From a virus (taxonomy: Duplodnaviria > Caudoviricetes), in the IMG/VR virus record IMGVR_UViG_3300017565_000025, positions 1 through 46,474 of that record: a stretch of DNA of 46,474 nucleotides; one strand, given 5' to 3'. The notes under the pieces were generated by a model that did no database searches, was not told where the DNA came from, and was given only the letters and a program-made list of their open reading frames with translations. Position numbers and translations under genes: made by a program. Positions 35,272 through 42,745 of this stretch are shown piece by piece. The first letter of the stretch is position 1. The number at the start of each line of letters is the position of its first letter.

Positions 35272-35894
35272 GACGCCCGTTCCTCGAACAGATCGCCGGG
35301 ACGGACGAGACGGGCGGCCCTGATGTGCCCAGAGAGCCACCACGCCACACCCACTGACTCAGCGCAGTCGTTGTTCGGCACGTTGAGGCGCAGCAGCCTG
35401 CACTGCGCCATAGCCGCGTCCTTCAGGTACTTGCGACCGTCCTCCTCCTTCGCGGGAGACCGTGAGTACCCGAGGAACGCCTTGCGCCAATGATCGGCGG
35501 TGACGCTGATGGCGGGAATGTTCAGGCGGTGACAGATGCCGCAAAGGTCGCGTACCAATCCGAAGGTTCGGAGCATCGCGCCCGTGCTGGACGCTTTCTC
35601 GGTGACTTTGTGCACTACACCGTCGGCGTCGCGATATTTCTTAGTCCGTTCGAAGTCCTTTGTGCGGGGCTCCTCGAACGCGACGTGCTCGACGTTGTGC
35701 GCGACCAGAAGGGGCCGGACATGGTCCCGGAAGCTTTCCGCCATCCGGGCCTCGTAGTTCACGTCCACCTCGCTCCGAGCCAAACCATCGGGGCGCGGCT
35801 CCGGATAGCGCCAGCTCTCGATGTGCAGGAATTTGTCGCCCTCCATGATGGCGATGCCCGTGCGCGTGGCGACGTCGAAGCCTGCAATGATCAC
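35268..35894 (-). CDS. RuvC-like nuclease / Holliday junction resolvase
   Basis: IAGFDVATRTGIA, VAFEEP, WRKAFLG, NNDCAES. Confidence 0.75.
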   Translation of the reverse strand: MIIAGFDVATRTGIAIMEGDKFLHIESWRYPEPRPDGLARSEVDVNYEARMAESFRDHVRPLLVAHNVEHVAFEEPRTKDFERTKKYRDADGVVHKVTEKASSTGAMLRTFGLVRDLCGICHRLNIPAISVTADHWRKAFLGYSRSPAKEEDGRKYLKDAAMAQCRLLRLNVPNNDCAESVGVAWWLSGHIRAARLVRPGDLFEERAS

Positions 35895-36073
35895 GGTATC
35901 GCCCTCCCCGCTGCATCCTTCCCGGCCCGATATCCGGCGAGGTGAGCCCGCCGAAGCTGGACCGTGACGAGATCAATCAGCCGCCCATGATCGCGGGGCG
36001 CCGCGCTCTCGCGGTACAGGGCATCAATGACTTCCGCCATCTGCCGGTCACCATCAAAGGGGCGCCCCGCCAT
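35891..36073 (-). CDS. Small hypothetical protein
   Basis: Fills the operon gap; GTGA overlap with the RuvC-like start. Confidence 0.5.
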   Translation of the reverse strand: MAGRPFDGDRQMAEVIDALYRESAAPRDHGRLIDLVTVQLRRAHLAGYRAGKDAAGRAIP

Positions 36074-36076
36074 GGC

Positions 36077-36580
36077 TCAGTCCTCGTCGTCTTCGGAATC
36101 GTCGTCCTGCGGCTCCGGCATGGACAGGACGAGATCGCGTTCCGCCTTGCCTTCACGGAATCGCTTGAGCCACGACTGGCCTTTTGGGGATCCGGGATCG
36201 TAGGGATTCTGGCTCTCGTCGAAGCCGGCGCGGCCAGCGGCAAGTCCCTCGATGCCGGCCTTCTCGTCTTCCGGTGCCGACTGCGTCAGACCCTCGAACA
36301 TATCGAGTTGTTCCTTGGACACCGGCTTGCCGAGGAGCTTGAGGTAGAAGATCGTCTTCTCGAACTCCGTCACCATTTCCGAGACCTTGCCGGACTTGAT
36401 GACCTTCAAGGCGCGCTTGGCGGCCGGCAGATGCAGACCCGCAGCCTCGGCGCGGGAGAACACACTGCGGAGTGAACCGTTCTCCTTATGGAAGTTCTCC
36501 TGCGCCTCACGAATGCGGGAGAGATTCACGGCATCAATGGAAAACTGATCAGGCTCGTTCTTCCGCGCTACTTGCGCCAT
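36077..36580 (-). CDS. GapR (DUF2312)-like domain fused to an Rmf/CrpP-like domain
   Basis: LRSVFSRAEAAG...YLKLLG resembles GapR; GLAAGRAG...NPY...W..REG resembles the Rmf fold; AGGAG RBS. Confidence 0.6.
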   Translation of the reverse strand: MAQVARKNEPDQFSIDAVNLSRIREAQENFHKENGSLRSVFSRAEAAGLHLPAAKRALKVIKSGKVSEMVTEFEKTIFYLKLLGKPVSKEQLDMFEGLTQSAPEDEKAGIEGLAAGRAGFDESQNPYDPGSPKGQSWLKRFREGKAERDLVLSMPEPQDDDSEDDED

Positions 36581-36589
36581 GGGATGCTC

Positions 36590-37192
36590 CTATGCTGGCT
36601 GTTCTGCCGGGTCACGGTGAAGCCAGCGCGTTTCAGCGCGACCCTCGAAATCCTTGAGGAACACCAGCCAGCAATAGTCCTTGGTATCGCCGGACGGCTG
36701 TTTGCCCTGGGCCTCAAGCTGCATCGCCATTGGCCCCGGCGGCATCGACGGCCGCGGCGTTAGAAACCAAAGGCGATAGAACGGGAGTGCTGTGATCCAC
36801 GGCCACGCGGCATTGAGCCTGCGTGTCGGCATGATCATCGCAACCTTGCGCTGCGCCACATCGACGGCGTGCCGCGCAAACTCCTCGGACAGATCAAACG
36901 GGTGGTTGGAAACGACGTTCGTGTAGGGACCGGGATCGAGGAAGAAATCTCGGACGTCGTATCCGAAGCCTCGATCCCGCAGATCCGCGCCGGTTGCTTC
37001 GTGCCCGGCCGCGCGGGCGGCCTCGACTATGCGGCCAGAACCGCAGCAGGGATCGTGGATCGGCCCGTTGAACTTTTCCTCATCGAATAGACGGCGGGAG
37101 CACCAACGATTTTCGGTGTACCAGTCATCGTCCTGCCGATCATACGCATGGGCGGCGACGGCGCGGCGGCCGGGGGTCTCGATCACCGACAT
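36590..37192 (-). CDS. SAM-dependent amino (N6-adenine/N4-cytosine) DNA methyltransferase-like protein
   Basis: DWYTE, DPCCGSG (motif I), SNHPF (motif IV variant). Confidence 0.75.
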   Translation of the reverse strand: MSVIETPGRRAVAAHAYDRQDDDWYTENRWCSRRLFDEEKFNGPIHDPCCGSGRIVEAARAAGHEATGADLRDRGFGYDVRDFFLDPGPYTNVVSNHPFDLSEEFARHAVDVAQRKVAMIMPTRRLNAAWPWITALPFYRLWFLTPRPSMPPGPMAMQLEAQGKQPSGDTKDYCWLVFLKDFEGRAETRWLHRDPAEQPA

Positions 37193-37338
37193 TCCAGCAT
37201 CTCCCGCAGGAGTTCGTTGGCGGCCGTGCTCTCGTCGATGCCGTGTGCCCGGGCATATTCCTTGACGAGCCGCATCACGCCCTCGCTTAGCGTGACGGTT
37301 CGATCAGCGTCCTTGGGTGCAAACACGCCGCCGGTCAT
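37183..37338 (-). CDS. 51-aa ribbon-helix-helix-like protein; not in the ORF track
   Basis: MTGGVFAPKDADRTVTLSEGVMRLVKEYARAHGIDESTAANELLREMLECR*; ATGA-coupled to gcrA. Confidence 0.6.
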   Translation of the reverse strand: MTGGVFAPKDADRTVTLSEGVMRLVKEYARAHGIDESTAANELLREMLECR

Positions 37339-37877
37339 CGGAACGCCCTCACCTCGGGCTTGCTGCGCTCCATGGCGCGGCGGAGGGCCTGCTCTGCCCG
37401 GCTGGGCGGCTTTGGAGCGACGCGGTACGCGTTGGCCTCACAGGACGGGCAATAGGACTTGCCGGGCTTCGTTGGCTGGCCGCAGAAGAAGAACGGGCCG
37501 TCTCCTTCCGGAAAGCGGCACGTCCTCGGTTCCAGGTCCGCGAATGTCAGGCGGAGCGACTTCGCCGGTGCCCGCACCACCGGCGGCTTGGCACCCTTCG
37601 GCATCGGAGCCGCCTTGGGCTTCCCGATGACGGTGAGGATCGCTGGCGCCGCCTTGGGCTTCCGGTTGCGGTTCCGCTGCTGATACGCCCCGCCGCCCTT
37701 GTTCAGATTCTCTCTCGGCGCGGTGCGGCGCAGGCCCAGACGGTTGATCTTGCCGATGATGGAGTTGCGCGTAGTGCCGATCTCTGTCGCGATCTGGCTG
37801 CCGGTGGCACCTTCCGACCAACGGCGCTTCACCAGATCGACCCGCTCCTCGGTCCACTCAATCTGAGAGATCGGCAT
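37335..37877 (-). CDS. gcrA: GcrA-family cell-cycle regulator
   Basis: WTEERVDLVKRRWSEG...SQIA...TRNSIIGKINRLGL; CRFPEGD..FFFCG...YC. Confidence 0.9.
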   Translation of the reverse strand: MPISQIEWTEERVDLVKRRWSEGATGSQIATEIGTTRNSIIGKINRLGLRRTAPRENLNKGGGAYQQRNRNRKPKAAPAILTVIGKPKAAPMPKGAKPPVVRAPAKSLRLTFADLEPRTCRFPEGDGPFFFCGQPTKPGKSYCPSCEANAYRVAPKPPSRAEQALRRAMERSKPEVRAFR

Positions 37878-38082
37878 TGCCGGCCTCCCGCGCTTCCATC
37901 TTGATCGCCGAAACGATCATCATTTCGGAGACGGCGAAGGTGTCCTCCCGGCTAAACAGGCCCCGTAGGTGCTCCCATTCACGCCGGGACGGCGGGGCTT
38001 CCCGTGACAGCAGCTTGGAGAAGTGAGCCACCATGTGGGAGGCGTCACGAACCATGGCGGCGGTGACGGGGACGTCACTCAC
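37858..38082 (-). CDS. Small hypothetical protein
   Basis: GTGA-coupled to the upstream HTH gene. Confidence 0.5.
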   Translation of the reverse strand: MSDVPVTAAMVRDASHMVAHFSKLLSREAPPSRREWEHLRGLFSREDTFAVSEMMIVSAIKMEAREAGNADLSD

Positions 38083-38462
38083 GACGCCACCGCCTGGGCC
38101 GCCGCCGGCGCGGGCTCGAAGAACCACCGATCATCCCACGCAATGCCGCGCTCGTGCGCAGCACTGCGGATGCGCGCCATTTCCTCCCGGCTCGGCTCCA
38201 GTTCCCCCCGCTCCCAGCGGGAGACGGTGGCTTGCGTTACGCCGGCAATCTGCGCAAACGCCGATTGGGTGCCGCCGAAGACGTTTCGGCGGATGCTGGA
38301 CATAGGGAACGCGACGGCGGTCGCGATAGCGGGGCGGCGGCCATCCGGCTTGGACGATGGGGTCTCAAGCGCCCGAAGCCGCTGATGCAAACACCAAAGG
38401 GCGAACGCGATCAGGGCGAGCGCCCCGGCCTCCGCAATGGTGGAGATGATTTCGGCGCTCAT
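38079..38462 (-). CDS. XRE-family HTH protein with N-terminal TM extension (alternative start at 38303)
   Basis: TQSAFAQIAGVTQATVSRWERGELEP; N-terminal AGALALIAFALWCL. Confidence 0.75.
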   Translation of the reverse strand: MSAEIISTIAEAGALALIAFALWCLHQRLRALETPSSKPDGRRPAIATAVAFPMSSIRRNVFGGTQSAFAQIAGVTQATVSRWERGELEPSREEMARIRSAAHERGIAWDDRWFFEPAPAAAQAVAS

Positions 38463-38671
38463 GACGCCACCGCCTGCCGGGGCTCGGCGTCGTGCTCCGC
38501 GATGAATTTGCTGACGCGGGCCACCAGCCTGAGGCTGGGCATGCGGCCGTTTCGCAAATCACCGACGAGATTGGGATCGCCGACGGCGGCGCGCCCAAAT
38601 GCCGTGGGAGACATCCCCGCCTTAGCGAGGAAGTTTTCGATCTCTGAAAGGAATGCGTCGGATGTGAGCAT
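38459..38671 (-). CDS. cro: Cro-like regulator
   Basis: IENFLAKAGMSPTAFGRAAVGDPNLVGDLRNGRMPSL; divergent from cI. Confidence 0.8.
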   Translation of the reverse strand: MLTSDAFLSEIENFLAKAGMSPTAFGRAAVGDPNLVGDLRNGRMPSLRLVARVSKFIAEHDAEPRQAVAS

Positions 38672-38756
38672 TCCTACATGGTATAGGATTAACCCTACTT
38701 TGCAAGAGGAAAAATCCTATTTGTGTCCTATGTAGGCAATTTCCTACAATTAAGGA
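38672..38756. promoter_or_regulatory. Right operator/promoter region with three TAGG-N6-CCTA operators and divergent promoters
   Basis: Sites at 38684-97, 38706-19, 38733-46; TTGTGT-18-TACAAT for cI and TTGCAA-16-TACCAT for cro. Confidence 0.8.
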
Positions 38757-39491
38757 ATGAGCAACCTTGATCCAGTGCGCGCGACCATCCTCGCTGAGTC
38801 CGAGCGACAAGGTATTTCGCTGGCCGAAATATCCAAAGCGGCGGGCATGAACCACGCCTACATCCACCAGTTTATCCACCGAGGCACGCCGGAAGCGCTG
38901 TCCGAGAAGGTCCGCCGGGTTGTTGCGAAGAAGCTCAAGATTCCTGAGGACCGACTCATCATCAGCGACCCGCGGGTGGTTCCGCTCGGCGAAGAATTTT
39001 CTGAGGACCCGGACCCGGATCGCCCGCTGACCGAGGACGAGCGCCCCTTCCCCGACGCCTTGCCGCAGTTCGTCGGACGCATGGGTGGTGGCTCCACCGG
39101 GGCCGTGGTGACCTTCGACGTCGGCGACATGCAAGCCCGCGAGGAGGTCTACGATTGGTGGCGTGTCCCGCCAGCCGTGCTGCGCAACGTGGCCATGTCC
39201 GAAAGCGGCCGAACCGCTGCCTTCCCGATGAATGGCGACAGCATGGAGCCCACAATCCAGCGGACCGATATCGTGTTTATCGACACCGGCCGCCAGCAGA
39301 TCGAGCCTGACGGAATTTGGGCCATCGACTATGGGCTGGGTCGGACGCTGAAGCGAGTGGCGGTGAAGCGGACAGAACACGGCATCCGCTACGTCATCAA
39401 GTCCGACAACGAACGATACAAGGACGAAGAGTACTCGCCAGAGGAAGTGACGATCTTCGGCCGGTACGTCGGGCGGTTTTCGGTGTTCTGA
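38757..39491 (+). CDS. cI: CI-like repressor (HTH + S24 peptidase)
   Basis: SLAEISKAAGMNHAYIHQFI HTH; GDSMEPT (Ser) and LKRV (Lys) catalytic dyad. Confidence 0.92.
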   Translation: MSNLDPVRATILAESERQGISLAEISKAAGMNHAYIHQFIHRGTPEALSEKVRRVVAKKLKIPEDRLIISDPRVVPLGEEFSEDPDPDRPLTEDERPFPDALPQFVGRMGGGSTGAVVTFDVGDMQAREEVYDWWRVPPAVLRNVAMSESGRTAAFPMNGDSMEPTIQRTDIVFIDTGRQQIEPDGIWAIDYGLGRTLKRVAVKRTEHGIRYVIKSDNERYKDEEYSPEEVTIFGRYVGRFSVF

Positions 39492-39512
39492 GCACGAGAG
39501 GGGAAGCCAGCC

Positions 39513-39884
39513 ATGAGACGACTGATGTTCGCAACTCTGCTGTCTGGCAGCGCCATAGTGCTCGCGAATGCGGAACAGAGGCAGATTGCCGGTATCGATC
39601 TGGTCGTTGGCTTCCAGGAGATGGCCGGCCAACGCGTGGTGGTGTCCGACTGCCGGATTGGCGGAACGACCAGCGCGTTCGTCCGCTGCGAGACGTCCAA
39701 CGGATCGGCATCGTACGCCGTGGATGCAAAGTCGCTTTCGAGGGACGATTTCCGATGGGCTCTGGAGAATTGCCCAACCGGAAGCCGGCTGAAGCCGCAT
39801 TGCACGGTGACGATAGAGGGCGAGGTTGACCGTTACTCGATGCCGCGACTCAAGAACTCAAAAATCGTCAGAACGAAAAAGTAG
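39513..39884 (+). CDS. Secreted protein, four Cys, possibly OB-fold-like
   Basis: Signal peptide MRRLMFATLLSGSAIVLANA; GAGGGG RBS. Confidence 0.7.
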   Translation: MRRLMFATLLSGSAIVLANAEQRQIAGIDLVVGFQEMAGQRVVVSDCRIGGTTSAFVRCETSNGSASYAVDAKSLSRDDFRWALENCPTGSRLKPHCTVTIEGEVDRYSMPRLKNSKIVRTKK

Positions 39885-39906
39885 ACGGGCAACGGGGGAC
39901 ACAACA

Positions 39907-40173
39907 ATGAGACGGCTCGCGCTGGCAATCGGCCTCGCGATGTTTTCGCTTCCCTCCCCCTCTGATGCAGCTTGCGGCGACCGGAGCGGCCCAGGCTATC
40001 GCGGCCCGAACGGCAAGTGCGTCGGCTGGGCCGAACTCGGGCGGGTGTGTGGATCTCCACCTGAGACGCGCTGCACGCCTGAGAATGTTCAGGAAAACGC
40101 CCGTGCCGCGGCAGGCAAGGGCAAGGCCATCGAGGATATGCGGCCGCCGGTGCCCGCCAAGGAACGGAAGTGA
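39907..40173 (+). CDS. Secreted Cys-rich small protein
   Basis: Signal peptide, then ACGDRSGPGYRGPNGKCVGW...CG...RC. Confidence 0.75.
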   Translation: MRRLALAIGLAMFSLPSPSDAACGDRSGPGYRGPNGKCVGWAELGRVCGSPPETRCTPENVQENARAAAGKGKAIEDMRPPVPAKERK

Positions 40174-40445
40174 TGACGATTTTTCTTTTTGCCCTGTCAG
40201 AATCGACACCGTCCGCGGTGCTTCAGCGGGTGAAGGATGAGCTTTCTCAGCGGTTCCCTGAGCATGAGTTCAGCCCGCAAACGCTGGCCCATCCGTCGCT
40301 GGAAAATTCCATTCTGGCGATATCGGGAACTGTCAACGCCGATACGAACAAGCTGGTGATCGACACGCCGGCGGCCAACGCCGATGAAGTCCGCGAAGCT
40401 TTCCAAGACCTCATCACCGAATCGCATGGATGGAGGCTTTCGTGA
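40170..40445 (+). CDS. Hypothetical protein
   Basis: Coupled to the upstream stop (GTGATG); natural composition. Confidence 0.6.
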   Translation: MMTIFLFALSESTPSAVLQRVKDELSQRFPEHEFSPQTLAHPSLENSILAISGTVNADTNKLVIDTPAANADEVREAFQDLITESHGWRLS

Positions 40446-40467
40446 TGTACGAGACGGGGAGCACACC

Positions 40468-40641
40468 ATGAAGCTCGCACTGGCGGGGATCATCGCCCTG
40501 GGATTGGCCGGCGCCGCCGAGGCCCGCAACACGCCCTGCTCTGGCAAGAAGGGCGGTGTCGCCTACTGCACCAAGGACGGAAAGTTCATGTGCAAGGAAG
40601 GGACGACGAGCGCGTCGAAGCGGATCTGCACGGGGCGTTGA
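40468..40641 (+). CDS. YdcA-like secreted Cys-rich protein
   Basis: Signal peptide + PCSGKKGGVAYC..GKFMC..G..SASKRIC; GGGGAG RBS. Confidence 0.8.
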   Translation: MKLALAGIIALGLAGAAEARNTPCSGKKGGVAYCTKDGKFMCKEGTTSASKRICTGR

Positions 40642-40656
40642 TGAGGCCGGCGAAGG

Positions 40657-41181
40657 TTATTGTGTTTCGTACGCCCGCGAAAAGACGATGCTTGCGCGCT
40701 TGACAACCATCAGCAGCGTCAAAAAGAAATGAATGTATATGGCGAAGGCCGCCACCGATACAGCTGCACCTTTCAAATCCATCACGTATGCGGCCAAGAA
40801 CATGGTAACGAAACAGACGGACAGAAGAATCAGATAGGACACATTATCGTTCAGGTCCTTCATCAAGCCGTTTCGAGCTTTACTGATTTCAGTATAGCGC
40901 CGCTTTAGTCGGCCGTCCTCTGGCTCCGAGAGAGGCCGAAGCGACACGTTGTAGAGCGCCACCTGAACGCTTAGCAAAAGGGCGGCGAAGATTGAAAAAG
41001 CCGTGATTGATTGTCCAAAAGCGTCCTTACCAACGACGCCCCCAACCCAATAGAATGCGAGCCCAGAAAGAACAGGGATCCCACAAAACACAGCAACATC
41101 GGACCACAGAAATCTTCCACGGTCGTCACGCAGCGTTTGGAAATGGGCCGCGAAGATGCAGGCAATATTGACCTTTTGCAT
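40657..41181 (-). CDS. Four-TM membrane protein (candidate RexB-like effector)
   Basis: Four hydrophobic helices; 2 bp downstream of its partner gene; AT-richer. Confidence 0.75.
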   Translation of the reverse strand: MQKVNIACIFAAHFQTLRDDRGRFLWSDVAVFCGIPVLSGLAFYWVGGVVGKDAFGQSITAFSIFAALLLSVQVALYNVSLRPLSEPEDGRLKRRYTEISKARNGLMKDLNDNVSYLILLSVCFVTMFLAAYVMDLKGAAVSVAAFAIYIHFFLTLLMVVKRASIVFSRAYETQ

Positions 41182-41183
41182 CG

Positions 41184-42074
41184 TCAGTTCATCCCATGGA
41201 AGAACTCGTCCATCAACCCATCGACCAAAGAAACCATACTATCCCAGGTCGGGTGTCCGTTATCGGCTCGAACAACATCGTCGGTTACATCGATTAGGCC
41301 GACCTCAGAGCCTTGTCCATAGACACCAACTGACCGCTGCTTTCTACCGATCCGGACTTTCGCCCTGACATTCTCGAATTGCTGATCGGCAAACGTAATT
41401 AGGCCGCTCGGATCGTCGAAACGTTTTGTCAATTCGCCGTATGTTGAAATCATACCACTTCTCCGCCGGGCGCGAAGCGTCACTTCGTAATCAACATCCT
41501 CTATACTATGACCTAAGAGGTACTTGTCCGCCTTGTCGGCTGAGACCATGGGCCTCCAGAAAGTCACCGTTTTCACAGGCGCGTCGTCCATTAAAGCAGC
41601 TGCTGGCGTCACAATGCTGAATGACAAAGAATATTCGGGGTGTGCCTCTGAAAATTCTGCAATCATCGCTGGCCGAACGTGGGTGATGCAGGATCGGCCG
41701 GTAAATGATTGGAACGCGATGAGGGCAATTTGTGAGCCTTCTGGCGACCAGACTTGGAAATACAGCGGAATAATTTCTACGTCGGTCGCCTTTCTTTGAA
41801 ACTGCTCTTGTCTGGTGTTCACGTCAGTAAAGGTACTTTCAAATCCGTGCGTGCCATACTTTATGTAACCGTGGACGGCTCGGGTGCCTTCGTAAGGCCG
41901 CGGATCCATGTACCAAGTTCTCGTTGCTTCAGCGACGACTATTGGGTCAGTTTTCCGCGCCATAAAGTCCGCAAAAAACTCGTATAGGTCAGGCACAGGG
42001 CTTTTAACTTCAGACCCGTCTTGCCGGATGTGCATAGCGATCCGATAAAATCTCAACCCAATGGCGAACGACAT
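41184..42074 (-). CDS. Soluble 296-aa protein (candidate RexA/DUF4747-like sensor)
   Basis: GYIKYGTHG, IPLYF, FQSF, NGHPT; purine-rich RBS region; AT-richer. Confidence 0.7.
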   Translation of the reverse strand: MSFAIGLRFYRIAMHIRQDGSEVKSPVPDLYEFFADFMARKTDPIVVAEATRTWYMDPRPYEGTRAVHGYIKYGTHGFESTFTDVNTRQEQFQRKATDVEIIPLYFQVWSPEGSQIALIAFQSFTGRSCITHVRPAMIAEFSEAHPEYSLSFSIVTPAAALMDDAPVKTVTFWRPMVSADKADKYLLGHSIEDVDYEVTLRARRRSGMISTYGELTKRFDDPSGLITFADQQFENVRAKVRIGRKQRSVGVYGQGSEVGLIDVTDDVVRADNGHPTWDSMVSLVDGLMDEFFHGMN

Positions 42075-42185
42075 TCACCCTGCCCTCCCTCAAGACCTTT
42101 CCCCTGGAGGGCAGCGAAATGTGCAAATCGATTCGCGTCAATTGGCAGTTGCATCCTGGGCACAGGTGGAGCGGCATCGCTTTTT

Positions 42186-42650
42186 GGCAGCGTGTGCTGC
42201 CGCTAAACCTCCGACTTCAAGCCTTGGGTTTCCCTCTCACTCCCTCTCTGACTCAGTAATGAAGGTGTTTTTGCGCCTCTGATCTCGTGTTCTGACCCTG
42301 TGGTGAGGGCGGTGTTCTGGCATGACCCGACCAATCCCGGGGTCCAGACGCGCTGGAAACCCAGGTTGGTGGTCGGGCCGATGAGCCTTTGACCCTGCGG
42401 AGCCGGGCGGCGCACCGGGTCATGGCGGAGGACGTCGCCACAACAGCATCCAGCTACTTCACAGCCGATTCGCCTCGGCCGGCGCGCCCTGGGCTTCTGG
42501 ACCTATCCCTGCCCTTCCGGCGTATGCGCGCATCCCTGCACCGGTCTCGCCTGTCCGCGGCACGTTCCTGAAATCCGAACGCGGGAGGCAAAGCCGTCTC
42601 CGAGAGCCCGACGCATTCGCGCCTCGGCCACGGTGACGGCACCTCCGCGA
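42186..42650. ncRNA. Putative large structured non-coding element (strand uncertain, possibly minus)
   Basis: No credible ORF; several 8-9 bp perfect long-range complementarities. Confidence 0.4.
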
Positions 42651-42664
42651 ATAAATCTGCTGCG

Positions 42665-42718
42665 TAGGAAAGTCCATAGGTTTTTTCCTATTGACACCTG
42701 TCGGATATTTCCTATTAT
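42665..42718 (+). promoter_or_regulatory. Early promoter (PL-like) with three operators
   Basis: TTGACA(42691)-16-TATTAT(42713); TAGG-N6-CCTA-like sites at 42665-78, 42677-90, 42701-14. Confidence 0.85.
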
Positions 42719-42745
42719 CGCTCCTACACCACGGGAGACGATCCT

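Noticed and set aside
38622-39800. 392-aa minus-strand ORF across cI
   Set aside because: Antisense to the clearly recognisable repressor and crosses the operator region.
42181-42203. GGCAGC/GCTGCC hairpin as an intrinsic terminator
   Set aside because: The T run lies 5' of the stem on the plus strand and gives an A run 3' of it on the minus strand, so neither orientation fits.
42203-42677. Several 60-72-aa ORFs in the early intergenic region
   Set aside because: Arg/Pro/Ala-rich, overlapping on both strands, no convincing RBS; treated as non-coding, though a small peptide cannot be excluded.
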